Below are positions 1-9,352 of a stretch of 64,000 bases of DNA, piece after piece. This DNA is from a virus, in IMG/VR virus record IMGVR_UViG_3300045684_000050, positions 52,795 to 116,794 of that record; one strand, 5' to 3'. The translations under genes and the position numbers were made by a program. The notes under the pieces were generated by a model that was not told where the DNA came from, did no database searches, and saw only the letters and a program-made list of their open reading frames with translations. Each line of letters opens with the position of its first letter. The first letter of the stretch is position 1.

Positions 1-126
1 TATATATCTGATAAACCCTCTACTTACTTCTGCAGTTAACTTAGGTGATGCTTCTGGAGGAGTATCATTACCTTCTAAATCTTGAACGGTTGTCTGTGCT
101 GCTTCTTGTAATTCTTCTTCTTCCAT
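1..126 (-). CDS. 5' start of a gene running off the left edge (MEEEELQEAAQTTVQDLEG...); by position possibly another ejection/cargo protein
   Basis: ATG at 126 just after the stop of the 885-aa gene; open for 42 codons to the window edge. Confidence 0.6.
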   Translation of the reverse strand, partial: MEEEELQEAAQTTVQDLEGNDTPPEASPKLTAEVSRGFIRYI

Positions 127-129
127 TAT

Positions 130-2787
130 TTATTGGATTCCAGTTTTTTTATTAATACTATCGAAAAAATCTATATCTGATACAGGATCAGACGCTAACA
201 CAGGACCAACATTAGATGTTGTATTACCACTAACTAATTGATCATAATAAACCAAAGCATTCTCAATCAATGGATTAGTTTTTTTAGGGAGCCCATCACT
301 TTTTCTAGCACTACCATGCCATTTCTTTTTACTCAATCCTTTATTTAAATCAAATCCATCTAAAAATGTAGTCTCATCTCCGACACCTGACTTTGGTAAC
401 TTTTTACCAGGTGCCTTAACAGTAGTTTCATATTGACCTAGAACCCTTTGCATCACATCTTCTTTTGTAATACCGTTCTCTATCATTTTAACTGCAAGCA
501 ATTTAGCACCTGCATCTAATTGTGCATCAGTCCACGTTTCATATGTACCTCTTTTAGGATCTATCTGTAAAGCCTCAAACTCTATTCCAAGGAAATTTGC
601 ATTGATATCATTACTACCTTTATATTTAGCTAAATGTTTTCCTTTTCCACCTCCATGATGTGCAACTAAATCATCATTAACTAACTGTATTATATTTCCA
701 GACTTTGTAACTAAGTAATGGGCAGAAGTGCTGCTGTCTTTTGTAAATGTATCTAATGCACTGGCACTACTTGATCCGGTCTCATGAATCATTATACCAT
801 ATTTCTTAGTGCTTAAATCTGGATTAATAACTTTACCTCCAGAACTTCTTCCTAAATTAGTTTTAGGAACACTATCAGCATAACTATTTATTGTTATAAA
901 GTCACTAGGAATACTAACATCTTTCGTAGAATTATATAACTCTAAAATGCGATTCCTTTCATTAAAAAACCTCTGCTCTACATGTGGATGCTTTCTAATT
1001 ACACTGTTATATGCCTTTACTTTTTGATTAGCAAAATCTACAGCAAATTCTCCACTGTTAGTATACGTCTTTTTAGGTAAACCTTCTAAAGCTTTTTTAA
1101 ATGATACAGGACCCTGATTGTAAGAACCAAACAGAATATCACCAATTACAGGAGACATAACAGATCCTAAATTAACCCCTAAATCATTCAAAACAGTCTC
1201 AACTTTTGGGACTACTTTATTTACAACAAAATCATCTTGTAATCTAGCAAATCCTCCAAAATTTGCATCCGTTGAATCATTGAACCACTTATCTATATCA
1301 TCGTCATGTCCTGATATAGGTCTTCCGTATCCATTCTCTTCAGCATAATTAATAAATTCGTCTAACTTGCCACTCTCCCTATTAAATTGATATAACCCCC
1401 AGGAGTCCTCTTGCTCACCTGTATCCGGATTTATTATTTGACTTCTCATCGCTGGGTTTAAAACAGATCCACTTTCTGCACCTATTGTAATTGGAAATGT
1501 TAAATCATCAATAGTGAAAGTATTACCACTTCTATTCTCAATAACTTCACCTGTACCAGTACTTGATGTTGCTAATTGGTTATTTGCTTTTTTTTTATTA
1601 TTACTATTGCTAAAGGTAGTAGCTCCTAATTCTTCCTCAATAACCTGATCTATTGCATCTCCATTGGCTCCTGCACCAGCCTTCTTAAATGGAATAAATA
1701 TTCTGGTCGTCTTGTCAGGATCAGAACCATATTCTAATTCTATCCCTCCATCTACATCTCTAATTTTCTTGAAATTAGCCTTCGCATAACCAAATACATC
1801 ATTTTGGAAATTAGTGAAATCTACATTAGGATATAACCTAGAAAATGCATCTGTCTGAACCAATGCCCTTTTCTCTCCTTCTGTTAAGTTCTCTCCACTT
1901 CTACCTCTACTGTTATTCCTACTGGCTAAATCAGCTTCAGCTTGAGTAGTAGTAACTCTCCTAGATGCATAATTATCAATAACTTCATTCAGGTAATTAT
2001 TAATTACCGTTTTATCATTAGGATCTCCATACTCAGAATTAGTAGCTATCAACGCTTTTAAATTGTTGTTGAATGCAGGACTATTTCTTAATTGATCAGT
2101 AAACCGAGATACAATGCCTTTTACTTGTTCACTATTTAGATTGACTCCAGTAGTCTCATCAACAAAAACATATCCATTTGGCCCCTGCCTAATATCTAGT
2201 CCTAATTGCTCAACAAAACTATTCAATCTGTCTCCTACTACCTGATCTACATCCATGCTCTGGAATGGAGCCGTAGATAATGATAGATCTCCTCTTTCCT
2301 TCTTGGTAGTATTGTAATAATTTAAAAGCTCTCCCCTAGCTAATGTAGCCAATCCACTATTTACACCCTGCAAATCAGATATATGAGTCTTTAATTCATC
2401 AGCCTTTTGTTGATCATTAATTACATCAATAAAATCTGCATCTTTTAACATGCCTTGGACACCTTTTTGGATAAAAGAAACCTTTGCAGGATTACTCAAA
2501 TCCTCAATACCTAATGATATGTCATCCTCATGGACACCATATTTTTTCTTCAAATCATTAATTACTGATCTCTGATGATCATTGTCAAGTCTTAATCCCA
2601 ATACAGTATCAAAACTTTCAGCAACAGTAGAGAAACCTTCCTCTATCTGATTTAATGTTAACTCTCTGGAATTGGAAATACGATCACTGAAATTTAATAA
2701 CTGATCTACCGGTATTACCGTATTCGATTGTCCAGGTACATATTGTCTTTGTCCTGCACCAAAACTTTTAAAGACGTCGTAGGGCAT
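130..2787 (-). CDS. Putative virion ejection/cargo protein with a lysozyme-like domain and a C-terminal Amidase_2-like domain
   Basis: GAESGS...WGLYQFN resembles the lysozyme/SLT Glu-Ser...GLxQ motif; IHETG...SAHYLV...AHHGGG...LGIEFE resembles T7-lysozyme/AmpD amidases; lies after the tail ring genes as crAss-like cargo genes do. Confidence 0.7.
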   Translation of the reverse strand: MPYDVFKSFGAGQRQYVPGQSNTVIPVDQLLNFSDRISNSRELTLNQIEEGFSTVAESFDTVLGLRLDNDHQRSVINDLKKKYGVHEDDISLGIEDLSNPAKVSFIQKGVQGMLKDADFIDVINDQQKADELKTHISDLQGVNSGLATLARGELLNYYNTTKKERGDLSLSTAPFQSMDVDQVVGDRLNSFVEQLGLDIRQGPNGYVFVDETTGVNLNSEQVKGIVSRFTDQLRNSPAFNNNLKALIATNSEYGDPNDKTVINNYLNEVIDNYASRRVTTTQAEADLASRNNSRGRSGENLTEGEKRALVQTDAFSRLYPNVDFTNFQNDVFGYAKANFKKIRDVDGGIELEYGSDPDKTTRIFIPFKKAGAGANGDAIDQVIEEELGATTFSNSNNKKKANNQLATSSTGTGEVIENRSGNTFTIDDLTFPITIGAESGSVLNPAMRSQIINPDTGEQEDSWGLYQFNRESGKLDEFINYAEENGYGRPISGHDDDIDKWFNDSTDANFGGFARLQDDFVVNKVVPKVETVLNDLGVNLGSVMSPVIGDILFGSYNQGPVSFKKALEGLPKKTYTNSGEFAVDFANQKVKAYNSVIRKHPHVEQRFFNERNRILELYNSTKDVSIPSDFITINSYADSVPKTNLGRSSGGKVINPDLSTKKYGIMIHETGSSSASALDTFTKDSSTSAHYLVTKSGNIIQLVNDDLVAHHGGGKGKHLAKYKGSNDINANFLGIEFEALQIDPKRGTYETWTDAQLDAGAKLLAVKMIENGITKEDVMQRVLGQYETTVKAPGKKLPKSGVGDETTFLDGFDLNKGLSKKKWHGSARKSDGLPKKTNPLIENALVYYDQLVSGNTTSNVGPVLASDPVSDIDFFDSINKKTGIQ

Positions 2788-2789
2788 CG

Positions 2790-4697
2790 TTATCTTTTTA
2801 GGTTGTTTAACTTGTCTGTATATTGCTGTGCAGCATCTTTGAATTGCTTTAACCTTCTTAAAGCTAAATCTCTGTCAGCAGCAGTTTGAGCATTAATAAC
2901 ATCAAGTGTTAATCGCTGAGAAGATATATTGGAAAGATTTTGACCTACTTCTGAATCTATCTGCCTAGATACTAAATCTTCATTTAATAATCTCTGATTC
3001 TTACTATTTATATAATTTCCTAAAATCTGAGATCCTTGAGCTATTTTCTGATTTACTTCTTTTCTGCTTTGTTCGTCAGCAGCAGCTAATTGGCCTTGAT
3101 TGAAATCATTGACATTAGCTAGCTCATTATATTTTGCCTGCTCTTGTTGTCTATTGAAAATCGCTAGATTTTCCCTGGTGCCTGCAGACCTATTTAACAA
3201 TCTAGAAAATAAAATAGGAGCTACTGATGCAGCTACACCTTCAGCCCCCTGAAAACTCTTTACTATATTTTCTCCTTGGCCTAATATAGCATCAGATTGA
3301 GCACTTATTTGCTGAGGAGTAAAACCCCTAAATCTTTCTTCAATAAATTCAGGTCTTCTAAGTCTTACCTTTGGAGTTGTACTCTGAGCACCTAAAGCTA
3401 CAGTGCTACCTACCAATGATATCAAATCATTAGATCCTAGCATGCTAAATATATCTCTATTTTGTTGTTGCCTTTGCTCTCCATTAACAACCACAGCCTG
3501 AGCATCTTGATCTAAGATATCATTTGATCTCTCAAGCAAATTATCTAATCCACTGCCTGACAAACCTAGTGAATCTAATATATCATTTATATTCCCGGAT
3601 CCAGCACTGGCAGCAGCTGTAGAATTCCCTTCTCTTTGAATTAGAGGTGCCATCTGAGTTATAGTATCTGCTCCTTGATCAGAAGTAAAAGAACCATTAG
3701 ATTGACTTGTCAATTCATTAAGTAAATTTGGATCACCTAATACTTGCAATAAATTATTCCTGATAAATAAATCATTTAATGGCAATCCACCTAACAAATA
3801 TTGACCTATTGGGGTTATATCCTGATAATCTAATTCTATATCACCTTTAGCCTGTTCATTCGAAGCTAATAATGCTTGAATAGGAAGTCTCCTGCCCCTA
3901 ATGTTCTCTTTGTTTGTAACATCATCAAGATAACTAAGACCTCTTTTTTGGTCCTTTACCTTAAATTTCCTTCTTATTGTCTTTCCTGCATCAGCAATAG
4001 TCTCGTCACTCTCATTAACATAATCACTTAGCTCTATAGGCTCAGCCTTATAATTGCCTTTCCCTTCTTCATATACAGGAGTAGAATAACCTATAGTTCT
4101 ATCACGATTCTTTTGTGAAAGTTTAAGTTTATTGGAAAGTATATAATCGCCTGCAGATGCAAAATCAGTAACCTTGTTTTTTGACATATCACTATGCATT
4201 TCATCTGAATGCACATCAACTAAACTACCATCCTCCCTGACCATTATTTCATTGTATTCAGCCTGAATAGGAGCAATAATGCCAGATAATTCATCGCCAG
4301 GAGCAAGATTCTCTACATCAATATATCCTCCCTTTCCAAATAATCCAGATCCATCACCTATAGATCTTGAATACAACCTATTTCTTGTCTCGATCCTGTC
4401 TCTCTCCATGTTATTATTCTCCTGTAACCCTCCAGTGATACCACCTAATATGGAGCCTAACAATCCCCCACCTAATCCACCAAGCAATCCAAACTGACCT
4501 AAACCTAATCCACCAAACTGCAAAGCACCTCCAACAGCACCAGCTTCAGAAGTAGCATTGTCGCCTACATTTGTATTTAAAATTGCTTGCCCGGTAATCT
4601 GACCAATAGATGAAGTACTATTCCTTAACCCATCTAAAAACTTTCGCAATCTTTTTCGTTCAAGATCCTGAACATTTCCAACGATATCCTTTGGCAT
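2790..4697 (-). CDS. Putative ejection/cargo protein
   Basis: Gly-rich hydrophobic N-terminal segment, Gln-rich helical C-terminus, crAss-like FGKGG...AE..E...DG..H motif; position. Confidence 0.55.
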   Translation of the reverse strand: MPKDIVGNVQDLERKRLRKFLDGLRNSTSSIGQITGQAILNTNVGDNATSEAGAVGGALQFGGLGLGQFGLLGGLGGGLLGSILGGITGGLQENNNMERDRIETRNRLYSRSIGDGSGLFGKGGYIDVENLAPGDELSGIIAPIQAEYNEIMVREDGSLVDVHSDEMHSDMSKNKVTDFASAGDYILSNKLKLSQKNRDRTIGYSTPVYEEGKGNYKAEPIELSDYVNESDETIADAGKTIRRKFKVKDQKRGLSYLDDVTNKENIRGRRLPIQALLASNEQAKGDIELDYQDITPIGQYLLGGLPLNDLFIRNNLLQVLGDPNLLNELTSQSNGSFTSDQGADTITQMAPLIQREGNSTAAASAGSGNINDILDSLGLSGSGLDNLLERSNDILDQDAQAVVVNGEQRQQQNRDIFSMLGSNDLISLVGSTVALGAQSTTPKVRLRRPEFIEERFRGFTPQQISAQSDAILGQGENIVKSFQGAEGVAASVAPILFSRLLNRSAGTRENLAIFNRQQEQAKYNELANVNDFNQGQLAAADEQSRKEVNQKIAQGSQILGNYINSKNQRLLNEDLVSRQIDSEVGQNLSNISSQRLTLDVINAQTAADRDLALRRLKQFKDAAQQYTDKLNNLKR

Positions 4698-4780
4698 ATA
4701 ATAAATTATTTTATAAAATAATTAAAATATTAAAACCTAAAGGTAGTCATTTTTAACCAAAAGTGAAAGGGTAACTTTTG

Positions 4781-5797
4781 TTATGATAGGCCAGTAAAAA
4801 GATGATCGTCATAGATTTTCAGCCAATCCGGATAATTATGAGCACTACTCGATAGGAAGTTGTTATTTACATGGCCTCGTCTCATGAATGTTCCTAAAGC
4901 CATAGTTAGTTCATCGTAAGGTACATGGTATAAATCTCTCTCTGCAATGTTATGGGCATCGACCCATTCTTCCTTGTGTACTACAAATAAATTTCTATAG
5001 GTATTATCCTTGAATATCCTATACATATGAGTATACATCTCTTTCAAAGCATAAGCAGTAACAGCACTAATAAAACTCTCTATTTGAGGAATCATTACAG
5101 TTCCATCTTTATCCTTAGATTTACCTAGATAACTCAACAGAACTAATCCTTCTTTAAAATTAGTTTTAATTTTACCATTATAGATTTCGTATTCATAATC
5201 AGTACCTAAAGAATCATATAATCTAAGATTAAGACATTCATTAATATGAGAATCCTTCATATTGAAAAAAGGTGCCCTATTTGGTCTCATAAGGAAAAAC
5301 CTCCGATCATAAGGACTACACTTCTCTTTCTTTTCATTCTCCGAATATCCCCGGACATGTCTTGTTAACCAGTACTCTGTTCCTGAAGCTAACTCGTGCT
5401 GAAGATGTTTAGACGCTAATACTACAGGATGATCACAATCATCTTTATCACATTTATCACAATTCTTAAATACTGTATATGTACAACCTTCAGTAGCTTT
5501 CTTCATCCAACCCTGGATCTCTTTTCTCCAATGCATATGCCTTAACTTTTGATCAGTAGACCCACAAACCATAACAACACTATTGAATCCATCCGGAAGC
5601 TTTCCTTCCTTATTGTCAATATGAACAACAGTCACCATATGTTCCATCCATGACTTAGGCACCATTCGACTTACATAACCATCACAGACAGACTTTAAGA
5701 ACATCTTTAAATTAGATACATACATCCTGTCATCTTCAGGAATTCGCATCATAATCTCAGCCAATATGCTGTCTAATGTAATTAACTTGTAGTCCAT
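4781..5797 (-). CDS. crAss-like tail ring/tubular protein
   Basis: N-terminal ITLDSILAEI and YEIYNGKIKTNFKEGLVLLSYLG...DGTVMIP resemble crAss-like ring proteins; synteny with the HU-like gene. Confidence 0.6.
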   Translation of the reverse strand: MDYKLITLDSILAEIMMRIPEDDRMYVSNLKMFLKSVCDGYVSRMVPKSWMEHMVTVVHIDNKEGKLPDGFNSVVMVCGSTDQKLRHMHWRKEIQGWMKKATEGCTYTVFKNCDKCDKDDCDHPVVLASKHLQHELASGTEYWLTRHVRGYSENEKKEKCSPYDRRFFLMRPNRAPFFNMKDSHINECLNLRLYDSLGTDYEYEIYNGKIKTNFKEGLVLLSYLGKSKDKDGTVMIPQIESFISAVTAYALKEMYTHMYRIFKDNTYRNLFVVHKEEWVDAHNIAERDLYHVPYDELTMALGTFMRRGHVNNNFLSSSAHNYPDWLKIYDDHLFTGLS

Positions 5798-5799
5798 GG

Positions 5800-6390
5800 C
5801 TAACTTTCTTCTAGTGCTTCAAAATCTTTAATGTATTTGTTCTTTATTTTTTCCTCTATGATATTTATCAACTTACGGTACCCTTTAGCTTCCTTATAAC
5901 CCCTTGAAAAAGAAGAATGATAATTAGTATTATACATCCTATTAAATCCAGACTTTCTATGCTCTAAGAACATATTATATGTCCTGAAAAAAGAATCTAA
6001 TGCTAGAACTGTTTTATTAACAAATACACCTTTCTTTTCGTCAAACATTTTTCCTCTAGCCCTTTTAAACCTTCGCTTTAATTTGCGAACAACAAACTTA
6101 CCCCATCCTGCAGGTAGATCTAAAAACTTATAAGACTCAGCCATCTCCTCCCAAAAATAAAACCCAATTCGCATTAATATCTTCTTATATAATCGAAATG
6201 ATTTTATCGCATTATTCCCATCCATATAACCTATATACCAGTAATAAAAACTTTTTAAAGGAACCCACCTTACAGCATATTTATCAATGGTGCCTTTGGA
6301 TATTGCTTCCACCACCATTTTCTCAAACTTAATATGCGTCTCTAAGTCCGTCGTATTTTTATTATATTGATATAGTAAATCTAATGGCAT
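5800..6390 (-). CDS. HU/IHF-like protein of the crAss-like tail module
   Basis: LYKKIL...FLDLPAGWGKFVVRK motif, basic C-terminus, located between ring genes. Confidence 0.55.
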   Translation of the reverse strand: MPLDLLYQYNKNTTDLETHIKFEKMVVEAISKGTIDKYAVRWVPLKSFYYWYIGYMDGNNAIKSFRLYKKILMRIGFYFWEEMAESYKFLDLPAGWGKFVVRKLKRRFKRARGKMFDEKKGVFVNKTVLALDSFFRTYNMFLEHRKSGFNRMYNTNYHSSFSRGYKEAKGYRKLINIIEEKIKNKYIKDFEALEES

Positions 6391-7110
6391 CTATAAAGGA
6401 TTTACCGTCTGTGAAGCATCTTTGTCATCTGACTTGACATCAGTAGCTAATGTTATATTCAATAAGCCAGCAAGTAACTGTATACATCTCTGGACAACCG
6501 ACTCTTGATACTTAGGATCTAAGAAAAACTCTTGGTCTAAGAACTTACATATTGTCTTTTCATCACAAGTCTCATACTTAACTAAATCTAATGGATTCGT
6601 AAATGGGCCTTCTACACTTAATGTCTTTGGCTTCGCTCCTTCTCCATGCAACACATATAAACTTTTCTTACCGGCACGATCTTTTATACTGTAAATATTG
6701 CCAGATGAAATAAATGACTTTCTCGATCCAGAAAACATAGATAAGTCTCCCCAATTGATAAAATCAAAATTGGTGCCATCAGGTAAAGTGATTTGCTTCA
6801 ATTGATCTCCTAAAAATTCCGGAAGATGCTTTTCAGACTTCATCCAGGTACATCCTACAGGAGGCAGACATGGACACTCATTTAAATCAACTTCACACAT
6901 ATGAACACAATCAAGAAAATATTGATCGATAGTTTCTCTAATTCCGGCCTTTAATTTAGTCTCTTGTTGATTAAAAATAACAGCATTCTTGACCATCATA
7001 AAAAAACGATACACTAACATATTTGGAAGTGAAATTGCTCGCTGGGGATGCAAACTCTTATCCTCTAGTGGTAAGCGAATATCATCAATATATGATTGTA
7101 TAGTCCTCAT
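6391..7110 (-). CDS. crAss-like tail ring protein
   Basis: N-terminal TIQSYIDDIR, CPCLPPVGCTWMKSEKHLP motif, C-terminal EFFLDP; synteny. Confidence 0.55.
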   Translation of the reverse strand: MRTIQSYIDDIRLPLEDKSLHPQRAISLPNMLVYRFFMMVKNAVIFNQQETKLKAGIRETIDQYFLDCVHMCEVDLNECPCLPPVGCTWMKSEKHLPEFLGDQLKQITLPDGTNFDFINWGDLSMFSGSRKSFISSGNIYSIKDRAGKKSLYVLHGEGAKPKTLSVEGPFTNPLDLVKYETCDEKTICKFLDQEFFLDPKYQESVVQRCIQLLAGLLNITLATDVKSDDKDASQTVNPL

Positions 7111-7174
7111 TTATCTTTTACGTTTACCCTTCTTCTTTGGATTTTTATTCTTGTTTTTTCCCATGCCATAATTT

Positions 7175-7684
7175 CTATATTTTAGTAGCCAATAAATATC
7201 CAGCGGCCCCCGGAACTAAATACTTTAGCTTCAAAGGACCAAACCCAAAACTAATAATATTTTCAAAAACAGATTTCCTTTTTAATTGCTTGACTTCTAA
7301 CTCTAACTTTTCAATCAAGACATTAGACTCATTTATACTCTTTATGCTCATGTTATACATGGTAGCATATCTCTGAATTTGCATATCCTTCTCTTCAATC
7401 TGCATTCTTAGATTGTCCTTGATATTCACCAAAGACCCTACTACTAAGCTATCTGACTCTATCTGTTTGCCTAATGAAGCAATATACTTATAATTCTGCT
7501 CTATCTCATTCTTGAGCAATGGATTCTCCTCCCATGCTTTATAAAGACTATGCACAACCCAATCATCCAATACAAAAGTCTTGGTCTTAGCTTGGTATAG
7601 TTTTATTCCTACCTGTGAACTAATACTACTGGATAGTATCAGACTTGTAGAAAGTATTAATAAGATGTATCTCAAGCTCTGCAT
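7175..7684 (-). CDS. Spanin-like secreted coiled-coil protein
   Basis: Signal-peptide-like N-terminus, coiled coil, hydrophobic C-terminus; overlaps the upstream spanin-like gene within the lysis cassette. Confidence 0.45.
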   Translation of the reverse strand: MQSLRYILLILSTSLILSSSISSQVGIKLYQAKTKTFVLDDWVVHSLYKAWEENPLLKNEIEQNYKYIASLGKQIESDSLVVGSLVNIKDNLRMQIEEKDMQIQRYATMYNMSIKSINESNVLIEKLELEVKQLKRKSVFENIISFGFGPLKLKYLVPGAAGYLLATKI

Positions 7685-8051
7685 TATTATAGATTTTCTT
7701 TGACATTAATTCTTCTCTAGCTGCTTTCATTTGATCTAGTGCTTTCGCTCTGGTCTTATTTGACCAAGCTAACTTCTTATTCCTGTCTATGTGCTCATCC
7801 AAATTTCTACTCAATACCTCATTCAAAATCTCCAAATCTGCAATCTCATTAGAGGTTACATTTATGCTATCTTGATATATTTCCAACACTTGATTAATTG
7901 AATCTATGTATTGCTTATGCTTATCGATAGCTAACTCATTGTCACTTGTACGCGTAAAAAACCACCAATTCAATATAAAGCTACATATAAATAAGACACT
8001 AAGCAATATTGTCTTATTGTATGATATAAATGCTAGTATTTTTTTAGCCAT
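7626..8051 (-). CDS. Inner-membrane spanin (Rz-like) candidate
   Basis: One N-terminal TM helix followed by a coiled coil; directly downstream of the endolysin. Confidence 0.5.
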   Translation of the reverse strand: MAKKILAFISYNKTILLSVLFICSFILNWWFFTRTSDNELAIDKHKQYIDSINQVLEIYQDSINVTSNEIADLEILNEVLSRNLDEHIDRNKKLAWSNKTRAKALDQMKAAREELMSKKIYNNAELEIHLINTFYKSDTIQ

Positions 8052-8053
8052 GG

Positions 8054-8593
8054 TTATTCTCCTATAAAATTAGTAATCGCATAAACAGTGCTCTTTGCCC
8101 TGATACTTCTAAATATCCCATCATTACCATTGTCACCCATATCACTCGTATTGGCCTCCACCGTATATAGATAGTTGCCGTGACTTTTGAGATAAAGACC
8201 TACGTGACCTATTCTACCTTTACTTTCTCTCCAATAAGTTACTGCGTCTCCTGGCTTCGCATCCGTAATCTTACCTCTTTTATTTTTCACGTAAACAGCT
8301 TCTGACTTCTTAAACCACGAAGGGCTCCAAGCACTATTAGGATTATTAAGAATACCACACTCTCGATATATGTAAGATGTAAATAGAGCACAATAGGGGG
8401 TGCCTTTGCTAAATCCCATTGAACGCTGAAGTTTCTCTATAAAATCCCCATCATTATTATTCGTTTTCTCTCTTATACCAATATAGGTTTCTGCACATTC
8501 AATAACACATGATCTATCACTTGACTCATTTGCATAAACAGGTCCACATAATATAATAGACAATGCAATAAGAAACTTTGGCAATATTTTCAT
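8054..8593 (-). CDS. CHAP-family endolysin with a predicted signal peptide
   Basis: YCALF (Cys) ... GHVG (His) ... TVEANT CHAP motifs; hydrophobic N-terminus ending VYA-N. Confidence 0.8.
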   Translation of the reverse strand: MKILPKFLIALSIILCGPVYANESSDRSCVIECAETYIGIREKTNNNDGDFIEKLQRSMGFSKGTPYCALFTSYIYRECGILNNPNSAWSPSWFKKSEAVYVKNKRGKITDAKPGDAVTYWRESKGRIGHVGLYLKSHGNYLYTVEANTSDMGDNGNDGIFRSIRAKSTVYAITNFIGE

Positions 8594-8648
8594 CCTCCTT
8601 GGCTTTTAATTCACGGAATTCTTTAACATTACAAAGATAATCTTTTTT

Positions 8649-9077
8649 CTATAATCCGGTTGGAGGTGAATTTAGAATCGCAAAAATTATTGAGAATAAA
8701 AAAACAACAGAAATAGTCGCTCTTTGCCATCCTTCAAGCTCAGCAAACTGTCCATTAAATATCCCCTCAATGCCTTTATGGATAGAATTGAAACCTATAA
8801 ATATGAATACCCTGGCAAGCAAATATATCGTAAGAAACGACACCATCTTAGTTATCAATATTGAGATAACAGGTAATTGCAAATTATAAATTTCAACAGT
8901 TCCTGGATCTGATCCGACATTTTCTAAATAATCCTTAAACCAATATAATCCTATAAATATTGTAAGTATTATGAACGTTGCAGGCAGCTCCTTTAGCTGT
9001 TTTAATGTAGTCCATAAACTCCATTTCTCTTTCACTAATTTTTTCATTGAATCTATTTTTAATTTGTATTGTGCCAT
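8649..9077 (-). CDS. Holin candidate
   Basis: 142 aa with about 3 hydrophobic segments, immediately upstream of the endolysin. Confidence 0.55.
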   Translation of the reverse strand: MAQYKLKIDSMKKLVKEKWSLWTTLKQLKELPATFIILTIFIGLYWFKDYLENVGSDPGTVEIYNLQLPVISILITKMVSFLTIYLLARVFIFIGFNSIHKGIEGIFNGQFAELEGWQRATISVVFLFSIIFAILNSPPTGL

Positions 9078-9175
9078 TTCCTGTGATTTTAGTTAATATT
9101 TGATACACTCAAGTATTTCTAAAACCGGAATTTAATATTGTTTTTAAATCCTATTTATGTTTAAGCTCATATCGC

Positions 9176-9343
9176 TTATATTATATTTGCATCTTGCGTT
9201 AGTCTACCAAGAATATTGTTTACATTTACCAACGATCCTATACTGTTTGCGTTAGTGGCATCAATATCTGTCCCTTTTCTAAAACCCTTAAACTCCCCGT
9301 TGTAGAACTTGATTCTAAGAAGATACTGTATCTTATGACTCAT
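9176..9343 (-). CDS. 55-aa mini-paralog of the tailspike-like family (MSHKIQYLL...NSIGSLVNVNNILGRLTQDANII)
   Basis: Translated by hand and absent from the ORF track; N-terminus matches MSHKI of two paralogs and C-terminus matches the end of 17880..19286. Confidence 0.6.
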   Translation of the reverse strand: MSHKIQYLLRIKFYNGEFKGFRKGTDIDATNANSIGSLVNVNNILGRLTQDANII

Positions 9344-9352
9344 ATTACTTCA

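Noticed and set aside
9182-9191. Antisense Bacteroidota promoter TATATTTGCA on the + strand
   Set aside because: It is explained by the codons of the 55-aa mini-ORF and has no good -33 element
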